Shown here piece after piece: positions 1 to 11,149 of a stretch of 64,000 nucleotides of DNA. A program made the translations under genes and the position numbers. The stretch covers positions 62,001 to 126,000 of the forward strand of contig NIVC01001797.1 in the NCBI GenBank assembly GCA_002269645.1. Reading direction: 5' to 3'. Source of the DNA: Macrostomum lignano. Its lineage: Eukaryota. Numbering within the stretch: the first letter of the stretch is position 1; each line of letters starts with the position of its first letter. The notes beneath the pieces are model-generated. The model had not been told where the DNA came from. It saw only the letters and a program-made list of their open reading frames with translations, and searched no databases.

Positions 1-3000
1 AGCCGCCTCGGGTATTTCTCACCAGAATGAAGGTAAATAAGCGTCTACTAATTGTGCTAACGTTTTATGGTTAATGTATTGTTTTATAATTTCATCTCCA
101 ATGATTTTTATTGACTAGCCTTGTAGTTGACTAGTTTGACATATATGCCGTCAATAAAAGTTTCTGAATTAAAAACAACATTTGGGATAAAACTTAAGAA
201 CCATACTCCCAATTTCGAAATGGAAGCTGCAGTATGGAGATTCTGAAAAGAAAGCTAGTGCAGATTACAGTCTGCAAGCTGCAGATTCCAAATAAAAGCT
301 ACATGTTCCCACTTGGAAGCTACAGATTCCAAATAAGAAGCTATGGATTCCAATCATAAGCTTGAGGCAGAAGGCTTTCTACGAGCTAGTTTTAATAGAT
401 GCATAGAATGATTTTGTGCTGTTTTGCGCAATTGCGCGTGTATTTATATTTACAAACAGCGCGAGATTGAGGGGCCTAGGAAGGTGCGAAAAAATGGCGT
501 GGCATGATAGGCTACGCCAACTCCCCCCTCCCCCCGGCTTAGCCTCAGCTAGACAAGTTGGGGGGTTTCCAGTGCGGCTGCACTGGTGCTGCCGGTCGCG
601 TACAGTCTGACCGCCTGCCGCCACAAGCTACATATTTCAACTTGGAAGCTACGTATTCCAAATAGGAAGCTATGGATTCCAGTCGGAAGCTACATATTCT
701 AAACCGGAAGCTACGTATTCCAAATAGGAAGCTATGGATTCCAGTCGGAAGCTACATATTCTAAACCGGAAGCTACATATTCCAAATAGGAAGCTACGGA
801 TTCCAGTCGGAAGCTACATATTCCAAACGGGAAGCTACATATTCCAAATAGGAAGCTATGGATTCCAGTCGGAAGCTATGGATTCCAGTCGGAAGCTACA
901 TATTCCAAATAGGAAGCTACGGATTCCAGTCGGAAGCTACATATTCCAAACGGGAAGCTACATATTCCAGATAGGAAGCTATGGATTCCAGTCGGAAGCT
1001 ACATATTCTAAACGGGAAGCTACACATACATGCGCAACCTCCAAATTTCGGTCGGCCGTGCGACTTAGTTTTAACAAAAATGCGACGTAGTTTTTGGCCA
1101 AAAATGCGACTTAGATGTAAAAAAACCCAAAAGGAAAATTAACGCAACTTTGGGTAAACGGCAGGAGTAACTATGACTGTCTTATAAAGCCAAAATGCCT
1201 CGTCAGCTACTTAGTACTACTACTCGGTGTTTTTCGGGTCAGCATTTTTGCGACTTCCTTGGTTGGCCGCCAAATCGGTCGGCCGGATCGGCCGACTCGG
1301 CCGACTGTTGCGCATGTATGAAGCTACATATTCCAAATAGGAAGCTATGGATTCCAGTCGGAAGCTATGGATTCCAGTCGGAAGCTACATATTCCAAACG
1401 GGAAGCTACATATTCCAAATAGGAAGCTACGGATTCCAGTCGGAAGCTACATATTGCAAACTGGAAGCTACGTATTCTAACTTGGAAGCTTCACATTCCA
1501 AAAAGGAAGCTATGGATTCCAGTCATAAGCTACATATTCCAAACGGGAAGCTACATGTTCTAAATTGAAAGCTGCATATTCTAAATAGGAAGCTATGTAT
1601 TATAACCTATATTAATCTCTAGCACATAAGTGAATGTCCATCCACAATTTTCGCTCACAGGACGATCCGGTGAGGCATATATTTTCCAAGCACGACAATC
1701 GCTACAGCTTTATCACAGACGCCACTTATTTGGATTTGGTGAGCAAAACTCTCTTAAGAACAATTACGCTTGTACTAACAAATGAATGGCTGGGTTTTTT
1801 TCGTCTGGATGTTGAATTTCAGGGTCCAGGTCCAGTTTCTAATACTGTCGTGCTCTTAATGCCTGAAGTTTGACCTCCAATGTCAAAAATAAATTAGCTC
1901 CTTGATTTTTATCCTAGATAAGTGCCGTTTTTCTTTTACCGCGAGTCGGGACTAGGGACTTAAACTTCTTTCCATTGCCGAATTCTGTGAGTCAGAAGCT
2001 CAGATCAGTGCGAATAAAAGACAACCAATGATTCTATTGTTTTCGGAACTCAATTCTTCAAGGGCGTCGGCAAGAAGCGGAAAGTGCCCGAGTCCCGTTG
2101 CAACCGCGTCACGGACGATCTCATCAGCTGGGCGCCGCAGATGCGCAATCTGAAGGAGGGCGCCGAGCCGGCCCTGTCAGCCTACAAGCAGGCCTTCACT
2201 GCTGGCCGGCAGCCCGCTCAGCTGCTGGTGTCCCGGCCAAAGACGTCGTTTGACGAGGACGCGCAGGTCCGGCAGACAACCAGCTATCGGTGAGCGGAGC
2301 TCTGCCTCATCAATTCAACATGGTTGCCATGTAGACTAATGCCCCTGACGATGATTGCGGCCATAATAAATCCAACTAAATAGGATTTACAAAGGTAGAC
2401 TCAGGTATATTTTCCCAGCTCCATCAGCATACACGCACAACCTTGGGAATCACTCGGCCGTTTCTATTGGCAACACACACATGTAAGTCGCTATTGGCTG
2501 AGAGCAGTCACGTGACTACTATTCCGTCCAATAGCGACTTTCATGTGTGTGTTGCCAATAGAAACGGCTGGGTGAATCCAGGTTGCGCTGCGCCCAAACA
2601 TGTCCATCAGCACTACAATTACGACAGGTAGATTATTGAATTTTTTTATCGCCGCAAACGATTATTATTACACCTCCGCCGTCTCTTAATTAGCTACGCC
2701 TTTGGCCCGGAGCTGTACAACCCCAACAAGACTGTCGTTGAGGCCATTGGCCGGCCTGCTGTGCTCGCCCGACCCTGCGCTGTGAAGCCGAAGCCGCCAG
2801 CGGTCGGGGTTTCGCGCGCTCGCACCGCATGCGACGGCCGGCTATCCGTAGCTGACTGCCTCACCTGGCAGCCGCACGGTCCGGAGTCCGCCTGCGCCGG
2901 CCTGCCGCGACGCCTCGACGGTGTTGAAGCTCCGCTGGGCCGTAGTTTCAGCCGGTTCGGCCCGCTGGTGCCGGAGGCGACGCCGACCTGTCTGCCCGCC

Positions 3001-3036
3001 GCGGCTGACGCCTCCGCCGCCGCTGCCGCCGACTAG
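1..3036 (+). CDS. C3orf84: C3orf84/CIMIP7-like ciliary microtubule inner protein, 5'-partial; exons <1-32, 1661-1738, 2063-2289, 2694-3036
   Basis: All junctions are GT-AG and phase-compatible (0,0,2). The spliced peptide PPRVFLTRMK|DDPVRHIFSKHDNRYSF..|GVGKKRK..LISWAP..SAYKQAF..TTSYR|YAF..VADCLTW matches recalled human C3orf84 motifs in the same order (PPAVFLQR, RHFFSKHDNRTSF, GIGRRK, FLRWAP, SSYQADF, VSECLNW). Confidence 0.75.
220..1600. repeat. 20/21-bp minisatellite (GGAAGCTACATATTCCAAATA / GGAAGCTATGGATTCCAGTC) in three blocks, about 220-362, 624-1024 and 1321-1600
   Basis: Directly visible tandem units in intron 1 of the C3orf84-like gene, interrupted by two insertions. Confidence 0.95.
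1025..1320. mobile_element. hAT-type MITE, 296 bp
   Basis: Perfect 14-bp TIR CATACATGCGCAAC (1025-1038 / 1307-1320) and 8-bp TSD AAGCTACA (1017-1024 / 1321-1328). Confidence 0.85.
2435..2588. mobile_element. Foldback/MITE-like palindrome, about 154 bp
   Basis: Arms 2446-2497 and 2528-2579 are 52-bp inverted repeats with about 4 mismatches and extend a further ~10 bp. There is a central palindrome AGTCACGTGACT. Confidence 0.75.
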
Positions 3037-4875
3037 ACTGGTTGATGGTTTCGCTCGCTTTTCACCATGCTCATTGCTATATTTTGTGATGTTTTCTAAG
3101 AATAAGAGAGATTATTGGATTATTACTTCACAAGCAATTCTTAACAAGCAAATCCTTGCTGGTTTGTCACAATTTATTGAAAAATATCTATTGGTAGCCT
3201 TAAACTACTAGTTTAGGTGGCAGTAGTATGTAAGTGAACACTTTTTTAAACCATACTATCCTTATGAGTGTGTGTAACAGTAAGAAATTGTATATTCTAG
3301 TACTTGATTATGCTTTAATATTAAAATACTGATAGCGTAGCATAGCGCTCCTAGTTATTAGGCAGTTCGTTGCATTAGAATCCCATGCTATAATAATATT
3401 TATTATTGATGTATATTTTTCTTTTATACGTAGTGTTAAGTAACCCTTTTAAAATTTAGTTGCGAAATGAAAATTACAATAATCTATCTATGTTATGTAA
3501 CGCCCACATAAAGTTGTAATTAGTATGAGCCGAAACCAAAAATTCTTGAAACTTTAGTGCATTATTGAATGCTTTTCTGTGGCAGAAACGGAACAATGGG
3601 TTGTGAAAATTTACTTTGCGATCCTTTTTAGAATCACTGTCTAATATGAAAGGTTCACAATTTTATTTCGTAAAAGTAGCTGACTTTCTGTGATACCAAC
3701 AATTTCGCTTTCTTCAAGCCTTTGAAATTTGCCATGACTGATATTTTTTTCTGGTTTGATGTTTGAACCTATTAAAAAGTTAATCATGCGCACTTTCATT
3801 TTAAAAGAATATCAGTGGTACTAAGTGGGCTGAACGCCTGAACATGACTCATATTATCTATTTTAATCGACTACAGAATCCGATCAATGACCGAAAAATG
3901 TGGTGAGTGGCTGACTGGTATCGATTTTCTCTTGACACTTGACCCACAGTTCACGCGACTCTTTCCTATCCCGCCTGCCCCCTCTGTCAAGTTCACTAGT
4001 ATTAGACCAGTCCAAAAATGAGGCGGGTGACTGTTATCGATTTTCTAGCCGGCACCCTCGACCCCCACCCCACGCAACCCTTTTCCTGCCTCCCCTCACT
4101 GCCTTGTTTATCAAGTTTACTAGAATTAGGCCAGACAGAAAACGAGGCGGGTCTGTTATCGATTTTCTAGGTTTACTCTACTTTTCTACCCTAGCCACAT
4201 CCATTTGATTTTGTCTGTTGCGGGATAGAAAGTTATTCTAAGCCTACCACCCTTAAACTATCATTCGTTGGTTAATGTTTTCTAGTTTTTTTTACCTTTT
4301 TTAGCTCCCGTTTTATTGTAGCACTGCTGATTATAAATAATATATTGTTACACGCAAAGGAAACTTTCTGCTACTTGTTTTGTAAAGCTTAATTTCAAAA
4401 AAGTATCTTTCAATCTGTTTTTGAAAAGATCAAACTGTGCTCACAGATCTTCAATATTTTTTCTAGCAAATGTATTTGTACTCGACACAAAAGATCTGTC
4501 CACTGCTGTTTTTTATATACTTCGTAATAATTAATTTGCTTTTGCCAGCTTTTGTTGCTTTGAATCGTGTTTTTTACCCTCCGTCCACGTGTCGATATTA
4601 TTCCATGGAGCCTGTCTTGGTCGCCACTTCCCTAACCCCACTGCCACTTTTTTATCGTGCTCGTTGTTTCTGTTCTACGTCTACAATTTATTTGCCTTAG
4701 AGTTTTCCTATCGTTTACTAATAATCTCAATCTGTATCACCGCACTGCTGCCTTATCTATTTTCTTTATTATATTTTGCTACTACTTTTAAATAAAGTTG
4801 CTATAACTTTCCTTTTGTCTACTTTTATATCAGCCTTATGTGAGTTTCTAATTTTTTTGCGAATCAAGCATTTCA

Positions 4876-4960
4876 AGAGGCATGAGAAAGGATTTCCTAT
4901 CGAAATGAGGCATAAGAAAGGCTTTCCCATAGAAATGAGGCATAAGAAAGGATTTCCCAT
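4876..4960. repeat. 30-bp minisatellite, left block (GAAATGAGGCATAAGAAAGGATTTCCCATA, about 3 units)
   Basis: Same unit as 6998-7248; the array is split by the RT element. Confidence 0.9.
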
Positions 4961-6997
4961 AACAACACAACAACAGAGTACGCTGCCAGATCACAAAAGC
5001 AGCGTCAGATGGCGCGCTTCAAAGCTTGGGCGCGAACAAAAGCCGCACCGCCGACAGAGTCCGGGGCGCCGGCGTCAGCCAGCAGACAGTCGACGTAGCG
5101 CCGAGTCCTCGCCTGTCCCCGCCGGTAGGGTGCCTGCAACGTAAGTAGCAGCACCTCCTGCACCGGCTCCGGGCAGTAGGCCTCGGCGCGGATGACGTGG
5201 CCTGCCAGCTGGAGTCGCCGACGGCGCAGCAGATCGCTAGGACGGGCCAGGCCGGCGCGATGATAGAGCGCCGTGTTGGTGACTCGCTCGTTGCCGATCT
5301 TGAAGGCGGCGCGCAGCAGGCCAGCGTGCGCCGCGTCGACTTGAGCCTCGAGCGAGTCTGTCAGCGTCCAGGTCTCGGCGTTGTATAACAGGACGGTCTC
5401 GATCACCGCCTGGAACAGCGCCGCCCTCTGGCGGTCCGGTAGGGCCTCGGACTGCAGGACTGACCTTATAGAACGAAAGGCAGCCCAAGCAAGTCCTCGG
5501 CGACGCCGCAGATCCTCGCAGACGTCGGGAACCAGACCGCCGAGGTAGACGAACTGCTGACATCTTGGAAGCTCACTCGCCTGTCCGTCAGCGCCTCGGC
5601 AGAAGATTGCAGCCTCGGTGTCGTCCGGCACGCATAGCAAGACGGTCTTCTGCGTGTTGACCACCAGGCCGACGCTCGCCGCAACGGCAACCAGCCTATC
5701 CAGCTGTCGTTGGGCGCCCTCGACGGTCGAGGACAGCAGGGCGAGGTCATCGGCGTAGCCAAGCACGCTGAGCCGTCTCTCCGGTTGGCGTCGACCCACG
5801 CGTCGCCGCAGCAGGAAGCCGTCGTCGTTGGAAGGCAGAGCAGTCCGTAGCACCCAGTCAAGCACCAGAATAAATAGGAACGGCGCTAGCGTATCTCCCT
5901 GGAGCACCCCGGAGGATGTCTCGAAGAAATCCGATAGGCCGTCCGGTGTTGAGACAGCAGCCGTCGTGCCGTGGTACAGCGCCATGACAGCAGAAATCAG
6001 CAGCTCTGGCACGTTGTACGCACGGAGCACCTCTGGGAGCGCGTCCCTCACGACCGAGTCGAAAGCCTTCCTGAAATCGACGAAGATCAGGATCAGGGTC
6101 AACTGGCGGATGCGCGCCTCCTCGATGACTCGTCGAAGAGCCAGGATCTGCGTCACTGTGCCGCGATGGGGCCGGAAACCGTTTTGCTCAGGCCGCAGGT
6201 ACGGGTCCAGCACAGGCTGTAACCGCGATAGCAGCATGCGGTTGAACAGCTTCGCGGCGCAGGACTGTAGGCAGATGCCTCGATGCTCCTCGAGCTTGGT
6301 GGTGCCCGGCTTCTTTGGAATGGCGACGATGTGCGCCGTGGTCCATTCGTTTGGCGCCACCTCACCGAAAAGCACGCGGTTCATCACTCTGGCGACCTCA
6401 ATGGCCACGCAGTGGATCCGCAGCGCCTCGGTGGGCACCTCGTCCGGACCAAGCGCTTTGCCGCCCGGCGACTGCCGAGCGAACTTCACAACGTCGGCTG
6501 TGCTGACTGGGGCAACATTGAAGCTCTCCTCCGCCGGCAACGGCGTCTCCGGCGGCAGCCTCAGATTTTCTGGAAGCGGAGGGGGCGGCGCGTTGACAAT
6601 GGCGGCGAAGAACTCGCGCAGCTCGTTCCTGCGCTCATCCGGAGTGTCGCCTGCCAGGTTGAGCGCGATGCGCCGCTTTCGCCCCGTCAGAGTGTTGATG
6701 GCGGACCAGGCCACGCGCCCTCTGGCATCGGGCCCTGCGGCAGAGACGGCTTGGATGGCGTCATCGACAGCGGACTGCTGCCGCTGCAGGTAGACAGCCG
6801 CCAGAGCCTCCTCCGCCTCGCGAGTTGGCCGCCCACTCAGACGGAGCCTCTCCAGATCTTCCCTCGCTTCGTCGATCGCGGGGTCGTCCTGCCAGACCGG
6901 CTGCCCGCGCTGGGCCGGTCGCATCAGCGGGACTGCTTGCTCCGCAGCGGCTCGAACTGCAGCGCTCACCTCCGCGTACTCGGCTCCACCACGCTTT
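4961..6997 (-). mobile_element. 5'-truncated non-LTR retrotransposon (RTE-like clade); uninterrupted linker + reverse transcriptase ORF, stop at 5005
   Basis: RT motifs IVAIPKK, EQNGFRP, FVDFRKAFDS, GVLQGDTLAPFLF, YADD, F.YLG, LLYNAETWTLT and L..RRLQLAGHV. No APE domain is present. The short 3' UTR has an ACGCTGC/GCAGCGT stem-loop and a (TTG)n-like tail. Confidence 0.93.
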
Positions 6998-7248
6998 AAA
7001 TGAGGCATAAGAAGGATTTCCCGTAGAAACGAGGCATAAGAAGGATTTCCCGTAGAAACGAGGCATAAGAAAGGATTTCCCATAGAAATGAGGCATAAGG
7101 AGGATTTCCCGTAGAAATGAGGCACAAGAAAGGCTTTCCCATAGAAATGAGGCATAAGAAAGGATTTCCCATAGAAATGAGGCATGAGAAAGGATTTCCC
7201 GTAGAAATGAGGCATAAGAAAGGGTTTCCCATAGAAATGAGGCATAAG
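6998..7248. repeat. 30-bp minisatellite, right block (about 8 units of 29-30 bp)
   Basis: Visible tandem units; reads MPHFYGKxFL on the minus strand. Confidence 0.95.
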
Positions 7249-7313
7249 AATAGATTCGCTCTAAGAAATCAGACACGAGCAGACCCACCCGCCCCCTGCC
7301 GCAGGTGTGGGCC

Positions 7314-8827
7314 ATGTCAAGAAGCGACTCGCCGCGGCCAGGCAGCGCGTTAGGCGGCGCGTCAAGCGTTTTAGCGGGCTCCGACACTGAGGGTTGGCTG
7401 GCGCGGACCCTGCAGCTGCTGGCCTCGAGCCGGCCCGACAGTGTTCAGCAGCTGCGCGAGCTCCTTGACCAGGCTATCGGTTCTGAGCAGGTGCCCGGTG
7501 GGTCAGCGGCGCAGCAGCAGCAGCAACACAGTGTCAGGAACAGCAATAATGGCCAAGTTGTTGGCGAACCGGAAAAGAAAAAGGCTAAGATGACTAATTC
7601 CGAGAGTCGTTTGCGGCTTATTGACGTTTTTAGCGGCGATGGCGGGGGTAAGATTCAAGACTGTTATTGATTTCTTTTATTTGTCCCGGATCAAGAGGTA
7701 TGTTCTGATTGGTCCCGGATTGAGAGTTCGGTTCTGATTGGTCCCGGATTAGAGTTCGGTTCTGATTGGTCCTGAACTGACAGTTCGGTTTTGATTGGTC
7801 TCGGATTGAGAGTTCGATTCTGATTGGTCCCGGATTGAGAGTTCGGTTCTGATTGGTCCCGGATTGAGAGTTCGGTTCTGATTGGTCCCGGATTGAGAGT
7901 TCGGTTCTGATTGGTCCCGGATTGAGAGTTCGGTTCTGATTGGTCCCGGATTGAGAGTTCGGTTCTGATTGGTCCTGGATTGAGAGTTCGGTTCTGATTG
8001 GTCCCGGATTGAGAGTTCGGTTCTGATTGGTCCCGGAATCCGGATTGAGAGTTCGGTTCTGATTGGTCCCGGAATCCGGATTGAGAGTTCGGTTCTGATT
8101 GGTCCCGGATTGAGAGTTCGGTTCTTATTGGTCCCGGATTGAGAGTCCGGTTCTTATTGGTCCGGGATTGAGAGTCCGGTTCTGATTGGTCCCTGATTGA
8201 GAGTTCAGTTCTGATTGGTCCCTGATTGACAGATAAATTTTGATTGGTCCGAGGTGGATTTCGATTGGCCGATTAGAGGCAGTTGTGCTTAGATATATGA
8301 TGAGGGAAGTCGCTACTCAATATCAATTTTTGCTTTCGCCTGTCCTTCACTAACCATCAGCGTCGGCAAGCGGCAGCCCGGACACCGGCAGCGGCTCTTT
8401 GTCCAAGTCGCGGTCCAGGCCGGAGCTGTCTAGCAGCGATCAGCTGTCCACTGCGCCGGCTTGGCAGTCCGACCCGGCGCACTGTTGCGTAAAGTGTCGC
8501 TCCAGCCGCGGTCAATTAGTGGACTGTTTCGACTGCAAAGACATGTACCACCTGGACTGTCACAATCCGCCAGTGTCTGAGAGTGAAGTCAGCGACCAGC
8601 GCAGCGTCTGGTACTGCCTGCGTTGCCGGCGAAAGGGCCGCCAATCTGCTGTAGCCGCCGATCTGCCCGTCAGGCCGCCGGCCGCCTCTTCAGGCGGATC
8701 GGCAGCTGCCGCAGCTGCCTCTTCAGCCGCAGCTAGCAGCGGTGGGCACAAGATTAAAGCGGCCGCCGCAGCCGCCGGGCCAGCCTCAGAGTTGGCGCCG
8801 GCTAAGAAGCGGCCAAAGCGAGACTGA
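7314..8827 (+). CDS. INTS12: Integrator complex subunit 12 (PHD finger); exons 7314-7647, 8361-8827; about 266 aa
   Basis: N-terminal WLARTLQLLASSRPDSVQQLRELLDQAI resembles INTS12 [26 protein letters not shown]. The PHD GQLVDCFDCKDMYHLDCHNPPVSESEVSDQRSVWYCLRC resembles INTS12 [39 protein letters not shown]. The phase-1 intron has a GTAAG donor and a CTAAC-CATCAG acceptor. Confidence 0.9.
7700..8250. repeat. 29-bp minisatellite GGTCCCGGATTGAGAGTTCGGTTCTGATT in the INTS12 intron
   Basis: Period 29 measured at 7861/7890. Confidence 0.95.
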
Positions 8828-9126
8828 CATGATACTGCTTTTAGAAATATTGGATTAGTTGCTGTTTTAGTGCAATTTATGTACAATTCGTCTTTATTAG
8901 TGGGAACTCAGACAAAAGAAGATGCCGCCTCTAGACTGCTCTCTGTGTTGATGAAAGTTCAAGCCTTTAAATTTAGCTGAGAGGAATAAAGATTGCAGGA
9001 AAATTTGAAAAAACCCAAATCTACAATAGTGCGTGTGCGTAGCGAGCAAGAAAGGGTTGGCATCTCAGGCCCAGCCAGGCCGATAAACAGTTAAGCTTTC
9101 CTCTCGCCCGCTTGAGTCTGAATTTT

Positions 9127-9385
9127 GACCTCTCTCCTCACTGCTCTCTCATTGGCTGAGCTAGATTGGGTCTAGGTTTGACTTTTGTCGGTGTAACTTA
9201 GACCTCTCTCCTTGCTGCTCTCTCATTGGCTGAGCTAGATTAGGTCTAGGCTTGACTTTCGTCGGTGTAACTTAGACCTCTCTCCTTGCTGCTCTCTCAT
9301 TGGCTGAGCTAGATTGGGTCTAGGCTTGACTTTCGTCGGTGTAACTTAGACCTCTCTCCTTACTGCTCTCTCATTGGCTCAGCTA
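9127..9385. repeat. 74-bp tandem repeat, about 3.5 copies
   Basis: GACCTCTCTCC recurs at 9127, 9201, 9275 and 9349. Confidence 0.95.
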
Positions 9386-9829
9386 CGAGCTAGATTGGTC
9401 CCTCTTGCGTTCACTTATGTGCATCGAGTAAGGAAACCCCGAATAAGGAAAGGAAATTTTAAATTTCAGCTACAGCTGGAGGTGTGGGACTGACTCAGAT
9501 GTGAATTTACTGATCTCTGTAACTGAACTCACTCATCTCTCCAGCCAATTAAAAAAATAGTTTAATTAAAGTATTGAATGGTTGAAAGTGGTTATCAAAT
9601 ATACATATAATTTGTACTATGATCGTATTGTTTTATTATGGTTTAGCATACTAACAACGCTTCACTTGAAAATGCATTGTTTAACGATGTTTTGGCAAAT
9701 TTTACCATATACTATGGTAAGAAACGAGGTTTTATTCGAAAAAAACAGTAGAAACCATACTAGCGATTAGCAATATACGTGTACTAGATGGTATTGCAAT
9801 AATAACCAGTTCAAATTGTTACTACAAGC

Positions 9830-10591
9830 ACTGCATGTTCTTGATCTCTACGTCTCCCTGATTTGGAACGTGCAATTCTCGAATTTTCCATTGAAATTCA
9901 GGAAGACCCTTGCTATTTTAACGCTGTCATCAGTAGTAATCTGCACAATCTCGGAAGCGTCTGAATTAGCAGTCCTGGCTCCACCGCTAGCTTCTGTTGC
10001 AATCACGGGCGCTATAGCCTCACTGTCAGCCTCGTCAGCAGCTTTGGCAGCTCCGTCGTTTGAAGCTTGACATCGGTATTCGCATTAGATGTACGTAGTT
10101 GCTAATGGTCGTTCCAGCGCTATACTTACGAAATCCGAAATGCGAGTTACCCGAATGCAATTATTAGCATACTTTTTAGACAAATCGCATACGTCACTTA
10201 GGTGACGCATAAAATTAGCTACCCAATTAATGCCTCGAACTTGGTTGATAGAGAAACGCAGGTTGCCGCTTCCATCGTTTGCTAAGGGGTGTGGAAAAAA
10301 GGATGAATCCTTTGTGTTCTCAGGTAGGAGATTCGTTGCTGTCCATAGAGACGAGCTTGCTTTGCTATGTTGTTCTGAGCACGCGTCGGATCGGTCGATT
10401 GATTTTTTGTTGGCATATCCGGTAGGTTCAAATATGCTTGGCCATCAGCGTCTACTCCTTCTACCAAAGTACCCTTCTTCTTCAGATACTTCAGGTGCTC
10501 TTGGCCGCGTTCATCTAACCTATGGCTATAGAGTAACATAAATATCACTTCATCCTGAAGACGCTGCTCGCTCTGTTGTACTTCTGTCAAA
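9830..10591 (-). pseudogene. Crypton-type (DUF3504-like) tyrosine recombinase A, C-terminal part
   Basis: Frameshifted reading gives YFDRS..RLQDEVIFMLL..RGQEHL..DADGQAYL..TKNQ..RLY, then GINWVANFMRHLSDVCDLSKKYANNCIRVT, ending FNGKFENCTF. These are typical DUF3504/KCTD1/ZMYM-type YR motifs. Confidence 0.75.
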
Positions 10592-10658
10592 GTATCTGTT
10601 ATGTCTTCTGTTTTTTAATGATAAATCAAATGAGCAAGTCTGGAACTTAAAATGTTAA

Positions 10659-10738
10659 GTATAAGGTATCACCCCCATGGACTGATTTATCTGGCCCACA
10701 TACAAGACTGAGGACTGCGTCGGGGTGATACCTTATAC
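10659..10738. mobile_element. 80-bp TIR element inside the left LTR
   Basis: Perfect 17-bp TIR GTATAAGGTATCACCCC (10659-10675 / 10722-10738), absent from the other LTR. Confidence 0.75.
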
Positions 10739-11149
10739 GTACGTTGCGCTGGGAAGCAAATCATTTTGTTTATGGTTCGGCTTGGCTTATAGCCACAGCA
10801 TCCCCCCCCCCTTTTATAAAAATAACGAACAGTTTAAGTCCCAAACTTGAGTGATCAAGGAAGTCTCAAAATAGTCACTTTTTTATCCTCGGCATGGCCA
10901 GCCAATAGTCTATGGCCGTCATTTAACTGGCCGGGCCAAAAAAAGTAATTTCTTCGACCGGGCCATTAAACGGCCTTTGGAAAATTTCAAATAAGGGTAA
11001 GAAAACTTATATATTGGTTTATTATCGAATAACGCAAAACATACTGAACTGTTTTTAATAAACATGGCAAAACAACAAGACCTCAACAGCTGGCAGATAC
11101 ACTCGTACTCACAAGAATTGCTACACGAAACTCTCAAGTCTACACGATA

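Noticed and set aside
5828-6999. 321-aa and 238-aa + strand ORFs over the RT
   Set aside because: Antisense shadow ORFs of a GC-rich coding sequence.
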